Source: an uncultured archaeon (lineage in GTDB: Archaea > Asgardarchaeota > Lokiarchaeia > Sigyniarchaeales > SOKP01). From it: 51,181 nt of DNA. Positions 28,964 to 38,296 of this stretch are shown here, piece by piece (the stretch's first letter is position 1; the number at the start of each line of letters is the position of its first letter). The position numbers and the translations under genes are program-made. The notes below the pieces were generated by a model. It was not told the origin of the DNA and ran no database searches. It worked only from the letters and a program-made list of their open reading frames with translations. The DNA lies in the NCBI GenBank assembly GCA_964493715.1, contig CAZBPC010000009.1:1-51181 (forward strand), written 5' to 3'.

Positions 28964-30322
28964 ATGACAATAATGAAACGAACCTCTGGTTTTAAAGAAG
29001 ATTTATGCAATCTTTGCGGAATATGTTTTAATGAATGTCCTGTTTTAGAACTACCTATAGATGAAGCTAAAGCAGAAATGAAACGTCTAATAGATGGAAA
29101 GAATACCTTATATGTTCTCCAAAGATGCAACACTTGTTTTTCCTGCAATTTATATTGTCCTCAAAAAGCCAATCCATATCAACTGATACTCGAAAGATGG
29201 AATGATTTATATAAAGAGAGAGGAGCACCTCCCCTTTATTATTTTGTTTGCCCCACAGAGGATCGGAACATTTGGCAACTTCTAAATTTGTTTTTATCTA
29301 ATCGAGAAAGAAGGTGGATATATAAATGGATGCATTACGTTCCTAAGAGCGAGGATACCGTGTTATTAATTGGAAGCTATACCCATTTACTCCCATTTAT
29401 CATTGGAGATAGCAAATTACTAGATCAATTTAAACCCATTGATAGGATCGACCAATGGGAAGGAGGTGCTTACTTATACCAAGGAGGGTACTTAGATATT
29501 GTACAAAGGATTGCTGAGAGAACAAAAAGAGATTTTGATAGCTGGGGTGTTAAAAATGTTGTTGCTACATTAGATGCTGTCGAATATATTTTTAAGGAAG
29601 TTCATCCAAAGGAAATGGGGGTAAATCATGATCAGGAATTTATAAATTTTAATCACTGGATGTTAGATAAAATTGATTCGGGACAAATAAATCTGCAAAA
29701 CCAACTTAATTTAACAGTTACTGTTCATGATAACTGTTATTCTAAAGCAGCAGGAAGTTATTGGGAGGATCCAAGAAGCATCTTAGAAAAATGTGGGTGT
29801 AAAATACTTGAGATGGAACATATTAAAAAAGACTCTTTATGTTGCGGGTTTGGAGCAGGGGCATCCTGGGTTAAGAACATATCTCTACCTTTTGATATGA
29901 TCTCTGAAGGAGTAAAAAAATTTAAGGAAGCAGAAGAGACCGGAGCAGAAGCTCTAATAACATATTGTGGAGGATGTCTTTATTTAATGTGGGCTACTAA
30001 AGAGTTATTGAGGAGTAAAATAGATTTATATCACATCATTGAAATTGTTAGGATGGCAATGGGTGAAGAATTAAATTATCCTAAAAACCATATAGAACGA
30101 GCATGGGATGTTATTGCAATTATAACATACTCTTTACTAGTTTCGACTTTTAAGAAGAACTTTTTCTTAGGAAATATTACATACGATGAGGTTTTAAGCA
30201 CATTTATACCGAAAAAGTATTTGCTATTGAGGTTGATAAGATACATATTTGATTTTAAATTAATTAGGATCATTTATTCAAAATTATTTCGTTTAATAAT
30301 GCCAATAATGAGAACAAGGTGA
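28964..30322 (+). CDS. Fe-S oxidoreductase paralog, HdrD/GlpC-like, first CCG domain degenerate
   Basis: CNLCGICFNECP, CNTCFSCNLYCP, HDNC, CCGFGAG, CGGC; collinear with the upstream paralog. Confidence 0.88.
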   Translation: MTIMKRTSGFKEDLCNLCGICFNECPVLELPIDEAKAEMKRLIDGKNTLYVLQRCNTCFSCNLYCPQKANPYQLILERWNDLYKERGAPPLYYFVCPTEDRNIWQLLNLFLSNRERRWIYKWMHYVPKSEDTVLLIGSYTHLLPFIIGDSKLLDQFKPIDRIDQWEGGAYLYQGGYLDIVQRIAERTKRDFDSWGVKNVVATLDAVEYIFKEVHPKEMGVNHDQEFINFNHWMLDKIDSGQINLQNQLNLTVTVHDNCYSKAAGSYWEDPRSILEKCGCKILEMEHIKKDSLCCGFGAGASWVKNISLPFDMISEGVKKFKEAEETGAEALITYCGGCLYLMWATKELLRSKIDLYHIIEIVRMAMGEELNYPKNHIERAWDVIAIITYSLLVSTFKKNFFLGNITYDEVLSTFIPKKYLLLRLIRYIFDFKLIRIIYSKLFRLIMPIMRTR

Positions 30323-30325
30323 TGA

Positions 30326-30610
30326 AAAGTCTATATTCATATTTCAATTCATTATCCTAAAGCAGGAAAAGAAAACCTATTAATAGAATCCATGCATAGA
30401 TTTGCCAAGTCTATGGAGGGTCACAAGGGATTAATTATGGCGCATACAACTAAAGATGAAGACACAAATCGACTTATTGGAATAGCAATATGGGATTCCA
30501 AGGATAATTGGTTAGCCGCAAGACCTGCAATGATAGATGCTGTAAAAGATGACCTTTTTGAGGAATGGGAATTAAAAGAACCAGATGTATATCATTTAAT
30601 TAAAGTATAA
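30326..30610 (+). CDS. Antibiotic biosynthesis monooxygenase (ABM, dimeric alpha-beta barrel) protein; start unresolved
   Basis: Frame opens at 30326: KVYIHISIHYPKAGKENLLIESMHRF...LIGIAIWDSKDNW; ABM-like PKxGKE and WxS pattern. Confidence 0.65.
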   Translation, partial: KVYIHISIHYPKAGKENLLIESMHRFAKSMEGHKGLIMAHTTKDEDTNRLIGIAIWDSKDNWLAARPAMIDAVKDDLFEEWELKEPDVYHLIKV

Positions 30611-30883
30611 TCAGTATTTCAATGGATTTAACAAGTCTGAACTTATTTTTGTAGAAAAAATTTCATATACTTTTATTATTATTAAAAAAAATTCAACCTT
30701 TTTTTTATTGAAATTCTTGATAGAGATCCGATTTATATATCAATTAAGAATATTTTTTTAATACCAAAGTCGGAAAATCAGCAAGTTTTAGATATCTATA
30801 GCTTGAAATTATTCTTTACAACAAAAATTCTAAAGAAATTTTATAACTAATAAAAAATCGCGTGATAATGAGAGGTGTAAATT

Positions 30884-32113
30884 ATATCTGATACTATTTC
30901 TAAAAAAAAAATTGAATATATTCAACAAAAAGATGAATTTGATTATTTAAAAAGTTTAATCGACTCACTTGAAAAGGGAAATTGTGTTGGAATTTTACTA
31001 CAAGGTCCACCAGGTACAGGAAAGACCTTATTAGCAATTTCACTTGCAAAGGCATATGAGGCTTCGTATTATATTATCGACGGGTCACCTGATCTTGATC
31101 GAAGAGATATCGAAGGTAATTGGGAACTTTTAAAAAATGAGACTAAATTTAATTATGGTCCTCTTACTTTAGCCATTAAGGATGCAAATAATGAAGGAAT
31201 GGCTTTTATAATTATTAATGAAATTAATGCTATTCGCGAAAATGAACAAATATCACTAAATTCTCTTTTATCAGAAAATCACATCAATTTAATTTCAAAA
31301 GGTTTTGAAAAACATGAATTAAATTCTGAAAGTAAACTAATCATTATTGGTACCATGAACCTGGGAGTTATTGGCATCAATAAATTACAAGAAGCTTTTG
31401 AAGACCGCTTTATAATAACTCCAGAAATATCTTATCCATTAAAAACAAAAGAAATTGATATAGCGACCAAAGTCTCTGGATGCAAAGAAAAAATTGCAGA
31501 GATCGTAGTAGATGCGGCTCGTCAAATTAGGAAACAGGCGATTCAAGATTATTCCATAACAAAAATATTTTCAACTCGTTTAGTAGTAAATTTCTGCATG
31601 TTAATTTCTTTAATGCCTCCTAAATACTTGAAACATAATATCGAAAATATGATCATCAATAAGCTCGGAACTACTACTGAAGAAAAGAAAAGTATAGCAA
31701 TGATCCTTGATGGAAAAATGTTTGAAACGAAGTTAAAACAAGAATTGATTAGCAATACAACTTCGATAATGACTGTAGAAGGGATGATAGATAAAGATTC
31801 ACTTGACCAGATAATATCAGATACAAAAGCATGTATTGCGGATTATATTAGTAAATATGGTAAATCAAATGCAGTTAGATATAATGGGACTATTTTATGG
31901 AAGTTAATTACTTGGATGTGGCTAAATAAGAGAGAAACATTACAAAATTATTTTAAATTAACAGAATTTGTAAATCTACACACAGAATATAAACAACTTC
32001 AAGAAAAAAATTACATGTACAATGGAAATATAACCTTAAGCTATATAAAATGGATATATCGACAAAAATCAGAGGAGTTAAAGAGATTTATGGATGAATA
32101 TCCTGTTTTATGA
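30884..32113 (+). CDS. MoxR/CbbQ/NirQ-type AAA+ ATPase; extends about 105 codons upstream of the track ORF
   Basis: In-frame Walker A GPPGTGKT at 31004-31027, NYGPLT, Walker B region FIIINEIN, GTMN, AFEDRF, STR. Confidence 0.88.
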   Translation: MSDTISKKKIEYIQQKDEFDYLKSLIDSLEKGNCVGILLQGPPGTGKTLLAISLAKAYEASYYIIDGSPDLDRRDIEGNWELLKNETKFNYGPLTLAIKDANNEGMAFIIINEINAIRENEQISLNSLLSENHINLISKGFEKHELNSESKLIIIGTMNLGVIGINKLQEAFEDRFIITPEISYPLKTKEIDIATKVSGCKEKIAEIVVDAARQIRKQAIQDYSITKIFSTRLVVNFCMLISLMPPKYLKHNIENMIINKLGTTTEEKKSIAMILDGKMFETKLKQELISNTTSIMTVEGMIDKDSLDQIISDTKACIADYISKYGKSNAVRYNGTILWKLITWMWLNKRETLQNYFKLTEFVNLHTEYKQLQEKNYMYNGNITLSYIKWIYRQKSEELKRFMDEYPVL

Positions 32114-32157
32114 CTTAAACTATAATTAATTGACCCGAAATCAAATATAAGAGCTAA

Positions 32158-34230
32158 ATGATTGTGAGTACGGAATTAATGGATCTTTTTGAAAGGGACT
32201 TTATTTCTGATGTTTCAGCTTTGACTAATATAGGAAAGCGAATTAGTGGAAACAAAGATTTGATGATTGAGTTCAGGAAAAATATCCATGGGATATATAC
32301 TGATAGTAAATTTATATATATCCCGGACAAATTTATAAAAAAAATAAAAGCATCTCAAGGACTTGTCGCTCATGAAAGCGGTCATATAGGATATGGTTCA
32401 TTTGAACTTGCATTTATAAAATTGATTAATAACCTTTCAAAAAAATACAAATTACCAACGCTGTTTATAAAGTATCTAATTAATGTTGTTGAAGATGTAA
32501 GAATTAATGGAATTAATAATAAAAATTTCCCGGGTTTTTATAAAAACTTGAGAAACTTAACCTTTGAAATGTTACCACGAATCAGATCCTCGATTAAGTC
32601 AAATAATGATATATTGTTATATATTAATTTATTTATGGAAGATTTTGATGAGTTCCAAAAAAAACCATCTTTAGGAATGTTTAGTTTAATTGAAAAAGAT
32701 TGGAAAGGGATAGCGAAGGTTAAAAAATTTCTTTTAAAATCATTAAATCCAAGTGCATCGATACTTTCATGTGATGTGTTATGTAATATTCTCAAAAAAT
32801 ATTTTCCCCAAGAAGATTCGAGTATGGAAAAAAAAGGAGCTAATGTTAATCCAGATATGATTTTTAATCCTCATATGAACCCTAATCCCAGCATGAATCC
32901 AAATACTCAAATGAATACTATCAACTTTATGGAAAGAAATGCTCAAAATAAGAATAATAAAGAAAAAACGGACTTAGACAAAATAAGCGAAAAACTCGTA
33001 GATAAATTAAGAGAAATAAACTTAGATCCCGAAGATTTAGAAAATTTACAAAATCCGCATGAATTATTAAATCCTAATGGAAAATTTTGTAATAAAGAAA
33101 AAGAAAAAACCAAGGATAAGAAAAAAACCGGAAAAGTTGATGAAGAAATTAATAAATTTGATAATACCGAGTCTCAGGATGAGGAATTTGATGCTCTTTT
33201 CAAAAAAAAATTTAATTTGAAGGATTTAAAACAAGATAAAAGTCAAGAGAAACAAAATTATGGCGCCTCAGCCAATCCTATAAAAGAAAAGAAGGATGAC
33301 AATATTTCATTAAAAATTGATATATCCAAAGACGAACACATAAAAGAAATTAACGCCCTTGTTAAAGAGGCAGATAAAGCTATGAAAGAACGCCTAATTA
33401 TTTTGGTGGGAGAAAAATATCCTATTTGTCATAAAAAGGGTGAACGTGAAAGACAAATTAAGGATGTGAAAATTGAAAGTCAGAAAATGTGTCCTGATAC
33501 CATGAGTTATGTCCAAATTAAAACAAAATATCATGGTGTTATCAAAAAAATGAGAATGATTTTCGCTGACTTAAAAAATAAAGCTGCGGTTGATTCATTT
33601 CAAAAGAAAGGGAGATTAAATAACAAATTTATAAAAGCTATTACCAGCGATTATCAGTTTAACCAATGCTTTACAAGAAAAATTAATAATAAAGAATTGA
33701 GATTACTACTAATAGTAGATATTAGTGGGAGCATGAAGGGTGTGAAAATTCGAGCGGCAAAAATAGCAATGGTGTTGTTGTATGAAGCTCTTGAAGATTT
33801 GGCTAATATTAGGATAGTGTTGTTTACGGGGGGATATGATGCTTTAAATATTTTAGTGAAGGATTTCAATGAACCTCTGAAATTAAGGTATTTTGATAAA
33901 TTTGGGTGTCATAATTCTGCACATCAAAATTTAGATGGGATATCAATAAAGCATGAATCTAAAAAACTGGAAAATAAAGATATTATAATCGTCGTATCAG
34001 ATGGGCAACCAGCAGCGGATGGGGGATATAACTTGGTTGATGCGATACCTGATATTCATGATGTTAGAAAGCGTTTTAAAATATTTGCATTTTCTATAGA
34101 TTCTCAAGGTGAATATCTGACCAAACTGTATGGCAAAGATTGGATACTGACAAGTACCCGAAATGAATTAGAGTTAAGTAATAAAATGCTAAAATTTTGT
34201 CAAATAATTGTGAGAGAGTTTTATAGATAA
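32158..34230 (+). CDS. vWA-domain protein (CobT/NorD-like) with N-terminal HExxH region and charged linker
   Basis: AHESGH, NVVEDVRI, MIDAS LIVDISGSM, IVVSDGQP. Confidence 0.88.
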   Translation: MIVSTELMDLFERDFISDVSALTNIGKRISGNKDLMIEFRKNIHGIYTDSKFIYIPDKFIKKIKASQGLVAHESGHIGYGSFELAFIKLINNLSKKYKLPTLFIKYLINVVEDVRINGINNKNFPGFYKNLRNLTFEMLPRIRSSIKSNNDILLYINLFMEDFDEFQKKPSLGMFSLIEKDWKGIAKVKKFLLKSLNPSASILSCDVLCNILKKYFPQEDSSMEKKGANVNPDMIFNPHMNPNPSMNPNTQMNTINFMERNAQNKNNKEKTDLDKISEKLVDKLREINLDPEDLENLQNPHELLNPNGKFCNKEKEKTKDKKKTGKVDEEINKFDNTESQDEEFDALFKKKFNLKDLKQDKSQEKQNYGASANPIKEKKDDNISLKIDISKDEHIKEINALVKEADKAMKERLIILVGEKYPICHKKGERERQIKDVKIESQKMCPDTMSYVQIKTKYHGVIKKMRMIFADLKNKAAVDSFQKKGRLNNKFIKAITSDYQFNQCFTRKINNKELRLLLIVDISGSMKGVKIRAAKIAMVLLYEALEDLANIRIVLFTGGYDALNILVKDFNEPLKLRYFDKFGCHNSAHQNLDGISIKHESKKLENKDIIIVVSDGQPAADGGYNLVDAIPDIHDVRKRFKIFAFSIDSQGEYLTKLYGKDWILTSTRNELELSNKMLKFCQIIVREFYR
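32848..32916 (+). repeat. Imperfect 18-bp coding tandem repeat (NPxMxx x4)
   Basis: NPDMIF-NPHMNP-NPSMNP-NTQMN in the vWA protein linker. Confidence 0.6.
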
Positions 34231-34246
34231 CTATTTATTTTATCAC

Positions 34247-35011
34247 TCAAAGATAATTTTTCAACCACTTTACAGTATAATTGATAAATTTAATCAGATG
34301 TTCTCCTTCAAAATCATGAGTTGCATTTTGTATTTCAATAAGCTCATGATCCTTATCTTTTGGTAACAATTGGAATGCTTTTCTTGTAAGTTCTAAGGGA
34401 ACTGACTCATCCGAGGTGCCTTGCAATATAAGAGTAGGAGAATCCAGTTTCTTCAAAAGAGGTTTTACTCGTAATTTAGCAAATTCTGTTACAAAACTAC
34501 GATCGATTATGATAGGTTCACCATCTCCAGAAGATGGGATTTTAACAGGTCCATTATCTAAATCTTTAAACCAATCATTTTGATCTTCTGTAGATTGGAT
34601 AAAAATAGCGGGTGCCCAAAATACATAAGTCTTAATCCCTGGTAAATTCGCTCCTAAAACAGTACGACCTCCAAAAGAAAGTCCTAGTATTGCTATTCTT
34701 TCATATCCTTTACTTTTTACCCAATCATACACAGATTCTGTATCTTGGATTTGTTTTGACAAAGTAATAGGTACTCTTTCATTTTCTCCCGAACCTGTAA
34801 AGTCAAAAATCAACGCATCAATTTTCTCTTTATTTAAGGATTTAGCTAATTTAGGAAAACGCCCCCATTCATATTTATCTCCCGTAAATCCATGACATAT
34901 AATTAGTATTCTCTTCTTTTCTGTTTCTTTATTCCATTGATAATGAATCCCATGTAGATCGCATCCAGTTCTACTTGCAATTATAATTTTCGTTTCTGTC
35001 AAAATTCTCAC
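34247..35011 (-). CDS. Alpha/beta hydrolase (esterase/lysophospholipase-like)
   Basis: CHGFTG, FDFTGSGE, GLSFGG nucleophile elbow, QGTSDESV, ATHDF. Confidence 0.9.
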   Translation of the reverse strand: MRILTETKIIIASRTGCDLHGIHYQWNKETEKKRILIICHGFTGDKYEWGRFPKLAKSLNKEKIDALIFDFTGSGENERVPITLSKQIQDTESVYDWVKSKGYERIAILGLSFGGRTVLGANLPGIKTYVFWAPAIFIQSTEDQNDWFKDLDNGPVKIPSSGDGEPIIIDRSFVTEFAKLRVKPLLKKLDSPTLILQGTSDESVPLELTRKAFQLLPKDKDHELIEIQNATHDFEGEHLIKFINYTVKWLKNYL

Positions 35012-35156
35012 TTATATGGTTGTTTATAAATCTTATTTAGCTCAGCAATCTTAAATAGTTTTATTTTTTAAATCTTAAGAGAAGAAGTTTAAAAAAATCT
35101 TAAATATATCACAACCCTTGTTAAATTATCATTAAATATAATTGAGTATAATAATT

Positions 35157-35996
35157 ATGACAGAACAATTTGCAGAAGTAAATGGGATAAAAATTTGTTA
35201 TGAGATGGCTGGAGAGGGAGAGCCTGTATTTTTAATCCATGGATTTGGTGTTTCTAAGGAGGTTTGGATAGCTCAATTTCAACCATTAGCAAAACATTTT
35301 AAAGTAATAAGATTTGATAATAGAGGGGCTGGAAAATCTGACCGTCCGAACGAGCTCTATGAAATGGAAATGTTTGCAGATGATATAGGAGGGTTAATGG
35401 ATTATTTGAATATTGAAAAAGCAAATGTAATAGGTTGGTCACTCGGTGGGATGATAGCTCAACACTTTGCAATAAATTATCAAAATCGGTTAAAAAAGTT
35501 GGTATTAATTAACACGATGGCACAATGGCCATCGGACAAATCTGGATTAGAAATGTATAAAAACAGCCAAATCGAAGGCTACCATAATAATTTGAAGGAT
35601 CCTGTTTCTACTTTTTACGAGCGAGCAAAAATGGGATTTACACGTGATTTTTTAAAAAAAATGAAGGCAGATCCTAAGAAAAAAGTTTTTGGTTTATGGT
35701 CAGCTGAAGATCTCATTGAGCAAGCTAAGACCAATCCGTCAACACCACAAGATATAACAAATCAAGTAAATGCTTTGGGTCACATGGATGTTTTAGAACA
35801 GTTAAAAACAATAAAGAATGAAGTGTTAGTAATTTGTGCTGATAAGGATAGACAAATGCCTAAAGCTGTAAATGTTAAAATCTACGAAAATTTACTTAAT
35901 GCCAAATTATTTGTTATCGAGGGAGCAGGACATGATTCTCCAAAAGAAAGAGCTCCAGAAATTAATCAAAAAATAATAGATTTTTTAAAACCTTAG
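35157..35996 (+). CDS. Alpha/beta hydrolase (enol-lactonase/lipase-like)
   Basis: IHGFG, FDNRGAGKSDRP, GWSLGG, GAGH; ATG at 35157. Confidence 0.92.
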   Translation: MTEQFAEVNGIKICYEMAGEGEPVFLIHGFGVSKEVWIAQFQPLAKHFKVIRFDNRGAGKSDRPNELYEMEMFADDIGGLMDYLNIEKANVIGWSLGGMIAQHFAINYQNRLKKLVLINTMAQWPSDKSGLEMYKNSQIEGYHNNLKDPVSTFYERAKMGFTRDFLKKMKADPKKKVFGLWSAEDLIEQAKTNPSTPQDITNQVNALGHMDVLEQLKTIKNEVLVICADKDRQMPKAVNVKIYENLLNAKLFVIEGAGHDSPKERAPEINQKIIDFLKP

Positions 35997-36035
35997 TTTT
36001 TCAATTATTTTAATATATGTGAGGAATCAAAAAAT

Positions 36036-36872
36036 ATGACGGCAAAATTTGCAAAAGTTAATGGGATTAAAATTTCTTATGAAATGGAAGGAGAAGGAGA
36101 ACCACTTTTTTTAGTACATGGATTCGGTGCAAAGAAGGAATCATGGATAGCCACATTTCCTGAATTATCTAAACATTTTAAAGTAATTCGTTTTGATAAT
36201 AGGGGGGCAGGTAAAAGTGATAGACCTAAGGGAACTTATAGCATGGAAATTTTTGCCGACGACATTAAAGGTTTAATGGATTTTCTCAATATTGAGAAAA
36301 CGAGTATCGCCGGTTGGAGTCTGGGTGGAATGATTGTTCAAAACTTTATTTTAAAATACCCCAAAAAAGTCAATAAAGTGATTTTAATCAATACAAATTA
36401 TGGATTTCCAGATGAAGGTGGTCCTACAGTGTATAAAAACATGCGCTTAGAAGAAGAAAAATTGAAGAAAGTGGATCATGCTAAAGCTTGGTGGAATGGT
36501 GCCAGATCAGGTTATTATTTGAAATTCAGAAAGGAAATGGAAGCTAATCCCTCTAAGAAATGGTATGGGCTATGGTCTGCTGAAGATCTCATAGAAACAA
36601 GCATAATCGATCCTCCAACAGCAGAAGACATCGAAATGCAAGCCGCCGCATTAAAAACTCACGATACTTTTGATAGGCTTAAAACAATTCAAAATCCAAC
36701 ATTAATATTGACAGCTTCCCATGATAAACTCACACCTCGTTCTTCGATGGAAGAAATTCATAATCAAATACCTAATAGTAAATTTATAGTGATTGATAAA
36801 GCAGGACATAGCAGTCCTTTAGAAAAAGCACCCGAAGTAAATCAAGCTATAATTGATTTCTTAAAAGAATAA
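36036..36872 (+). CDS. Alpha/beta hydrolase, tandem paralog of the upstream gene
   Basis: VHGFG, FDNRGAGKSDRP, GWSLGG, GLWSAEDLIE shared with the neighbour, AGH. Confidence 0.92.
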   Translation: MTAKFAKVNGIKISYEMEGEGEPLFLVHGFGAKKESWIATFPELSKHFKVIRFDNRGAGKSDRPKGTYSMEIFADDIKGLMDFLNIEKTSIAGWSLGGMIVQNFILKYPKKVNKVILINTNYGFPDEGGPTVYKNMRLEEEKLKKVDHAKAWWNGARSGYYLKFRKEMEANPSKKWYGLWSAEDLIETSIIDPPTAEDIEMQAAALKTHDTFDRLKTIQNPTLILTASHDKLTPRSSMEEIHNQIPNSKFIVIDKAGHSSPLEKAPEVNQAIIDFLKE

Positions 36873-36911
36873 ATAAGTCTAATTCCTTATTTTAAGTAAT
36901 TTTATTATTAC

Positions 36912-37372
36912 CTAAGGTTTAAGCTTTAATATAATCCTCACTAAATAATGGATGGATGTACTTTTTGCTTCAATTTTTTGGAAAACCATTATTAATGGTG
37001 GAAAAGCGATAGCGGCAATGACAATTCCTAACCAATAGGGCATAAAAACTGAAGAATAAATGTACCAATCAACGGTCCAACAATTTGAGCAAAACTATCT
37101 AAAGAAGAACCATATCAATTAATTTTTCCTTGAATTTTAGGTGATATAGTTTGACTTATCATGCTATTTAAAGGTCCCCTCGTTAATGAAGCTGCAAAAC
37201 TGATTATCATCAATATAATGAAGAATATCATAACATTTAGAGAAAATCCAATAATAAAGAAACAGATGAAAAACATTGTTAATTCCAACCTAATTGCATT
37301 GCTTTCTCCTAGTTTCCTAAGAGTTGGTTTAAAAAGTGTAAACCGAATAAAGTCGAAGATTGCTATTAAATT
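36912..37372 (-). pseudogene. Decayed C-terminal half of a TetA/DHA1-like MFS transporter
   Basis: Minus strand reads ..KPTLRKLGE..SFAASLTRGPLNSMISQTISPKIQGKIN*YGSSLDSFAQIVGPLIGTFIL (TGA at 37115-37117), then frameshifts into MPYWLGIVIAAIAFPPLIMVF; no N-terminal half. Confidence 0.75.
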
Positions 37373-37501
37373 ATGTCTTTATGTAGAATTAGTATAGTAC
37401 TAAAAAAAAGAACCATTTATTATCCAAGTTCAAATCTCAATTTTTGATCATAGAAAAAGGATCACATATTTTTTTATTGAGAAGAATCATATCTACTTAT
37501 A

Positions 37502-38287
37502 ATGAATGAAACCAAAGAAAAAGAGAGTCAAGAAGAAAGAAAGCAGACGGTCGAATTACCCGCCTTAGATTTCTTTAAAATTAATATTGTAAGTTTTATA
37601 TTGCCACTTTATCCATGTTTGGGTTTATTTCTCATATTTGAATATTATTTTATTACTTTACTTTCTATTCCACTAACAATTCACCTGATTATCTTACCTG
37701 TTGTTCTTTTGGTATTATATTATCTCTATCTTATTATTTTGATCGAATTTACGGCTTTTTGGGCTAATTATTGGCATCGAAAATCTCCTCCAATTCAAGG
37801 TGTATTCAAGAGAGAGTTGGAGGATATGAATAGTGAAGAGGGAAAGATGATGAAATACTATCACAAGCGCGGATTCATCATTAAATATCCCATGTGGCTT
37901 ACCTCTAAATCTTTATTCCCATGGTTGGTTAATAGGACTTTACGGAAGATTGGGCATAATAAAATAGGAAAAAACGTGATTTATTGTGATTCGTATGTAG
38001 GATTAGAATTTACAGATTTAGGGAATGATGTATTTATTTATCCTACCTCGGGGTTATCTTCTCATGCTGTGAATTCTATATTCGGTAAAATATCTATGAT
38101 GGAAATTAAGTTAGATAACAATACTACATTATATCCAGGGAATATTGTTGGTCCAAATGCTGTGACAACTCCCAATAATGTAGTTTTTCCAAATACGGTT
38201 TTACATAAAAATTGGAGAGGAAAACCGGATCATTATTATTATCAAGGAAGTCCTGGAAAACCTATTGAAACAAAACACTTAAAATAG
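37502..38287 (+). CDS. Membrane-anchored left-handed beta-helix (hexapeptide) acyltransferase-like protein
   Basis: Two N-terminal TM helices; KIGKNVI, DLGNDVFI, SSH, KLDNNTTL repeats; YQGSPGKPI terminus. Confidence 0.7.
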   Translation: MNETKEKESQEERKQTVELPALDFFKINIVSFILPLYPCLGLFLIFEYYFITLLSIPLTIHLIILPVVLLVLYYLYLIILIEFTAFWANYWHRKSPPIQGVFKRELEDMNSEEGKMMKYYHKRGFIIKYPMWLTSKSLFPWLVNRTLRKIGHNKIGKNVIYCDSYVGLEFTDLGNDVFIYPTSGLSSHAVNSIFGKISMMEIKLDNNTTLYPGNIVGPNAVTTPNNVVFPNTVLHKNWRGKPDHYYYQGSPGKPIETKHLK

Positions 38288-38296
38288 ATTATAAAA

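Noticed and set aside
37115-37117. In-frame TGA as selenocysteine or Gly recoding
   Set aside because: The expected residue is Gly in a transporter helix, the fragment also has a frameshift and no 5' half, and TGA ends several intact genes here (e.g. 9141, 18298, 49654)
37161-37397. 78-aa plus-strand ORF
   Set aside because: Antisense to the MFS pseudogene
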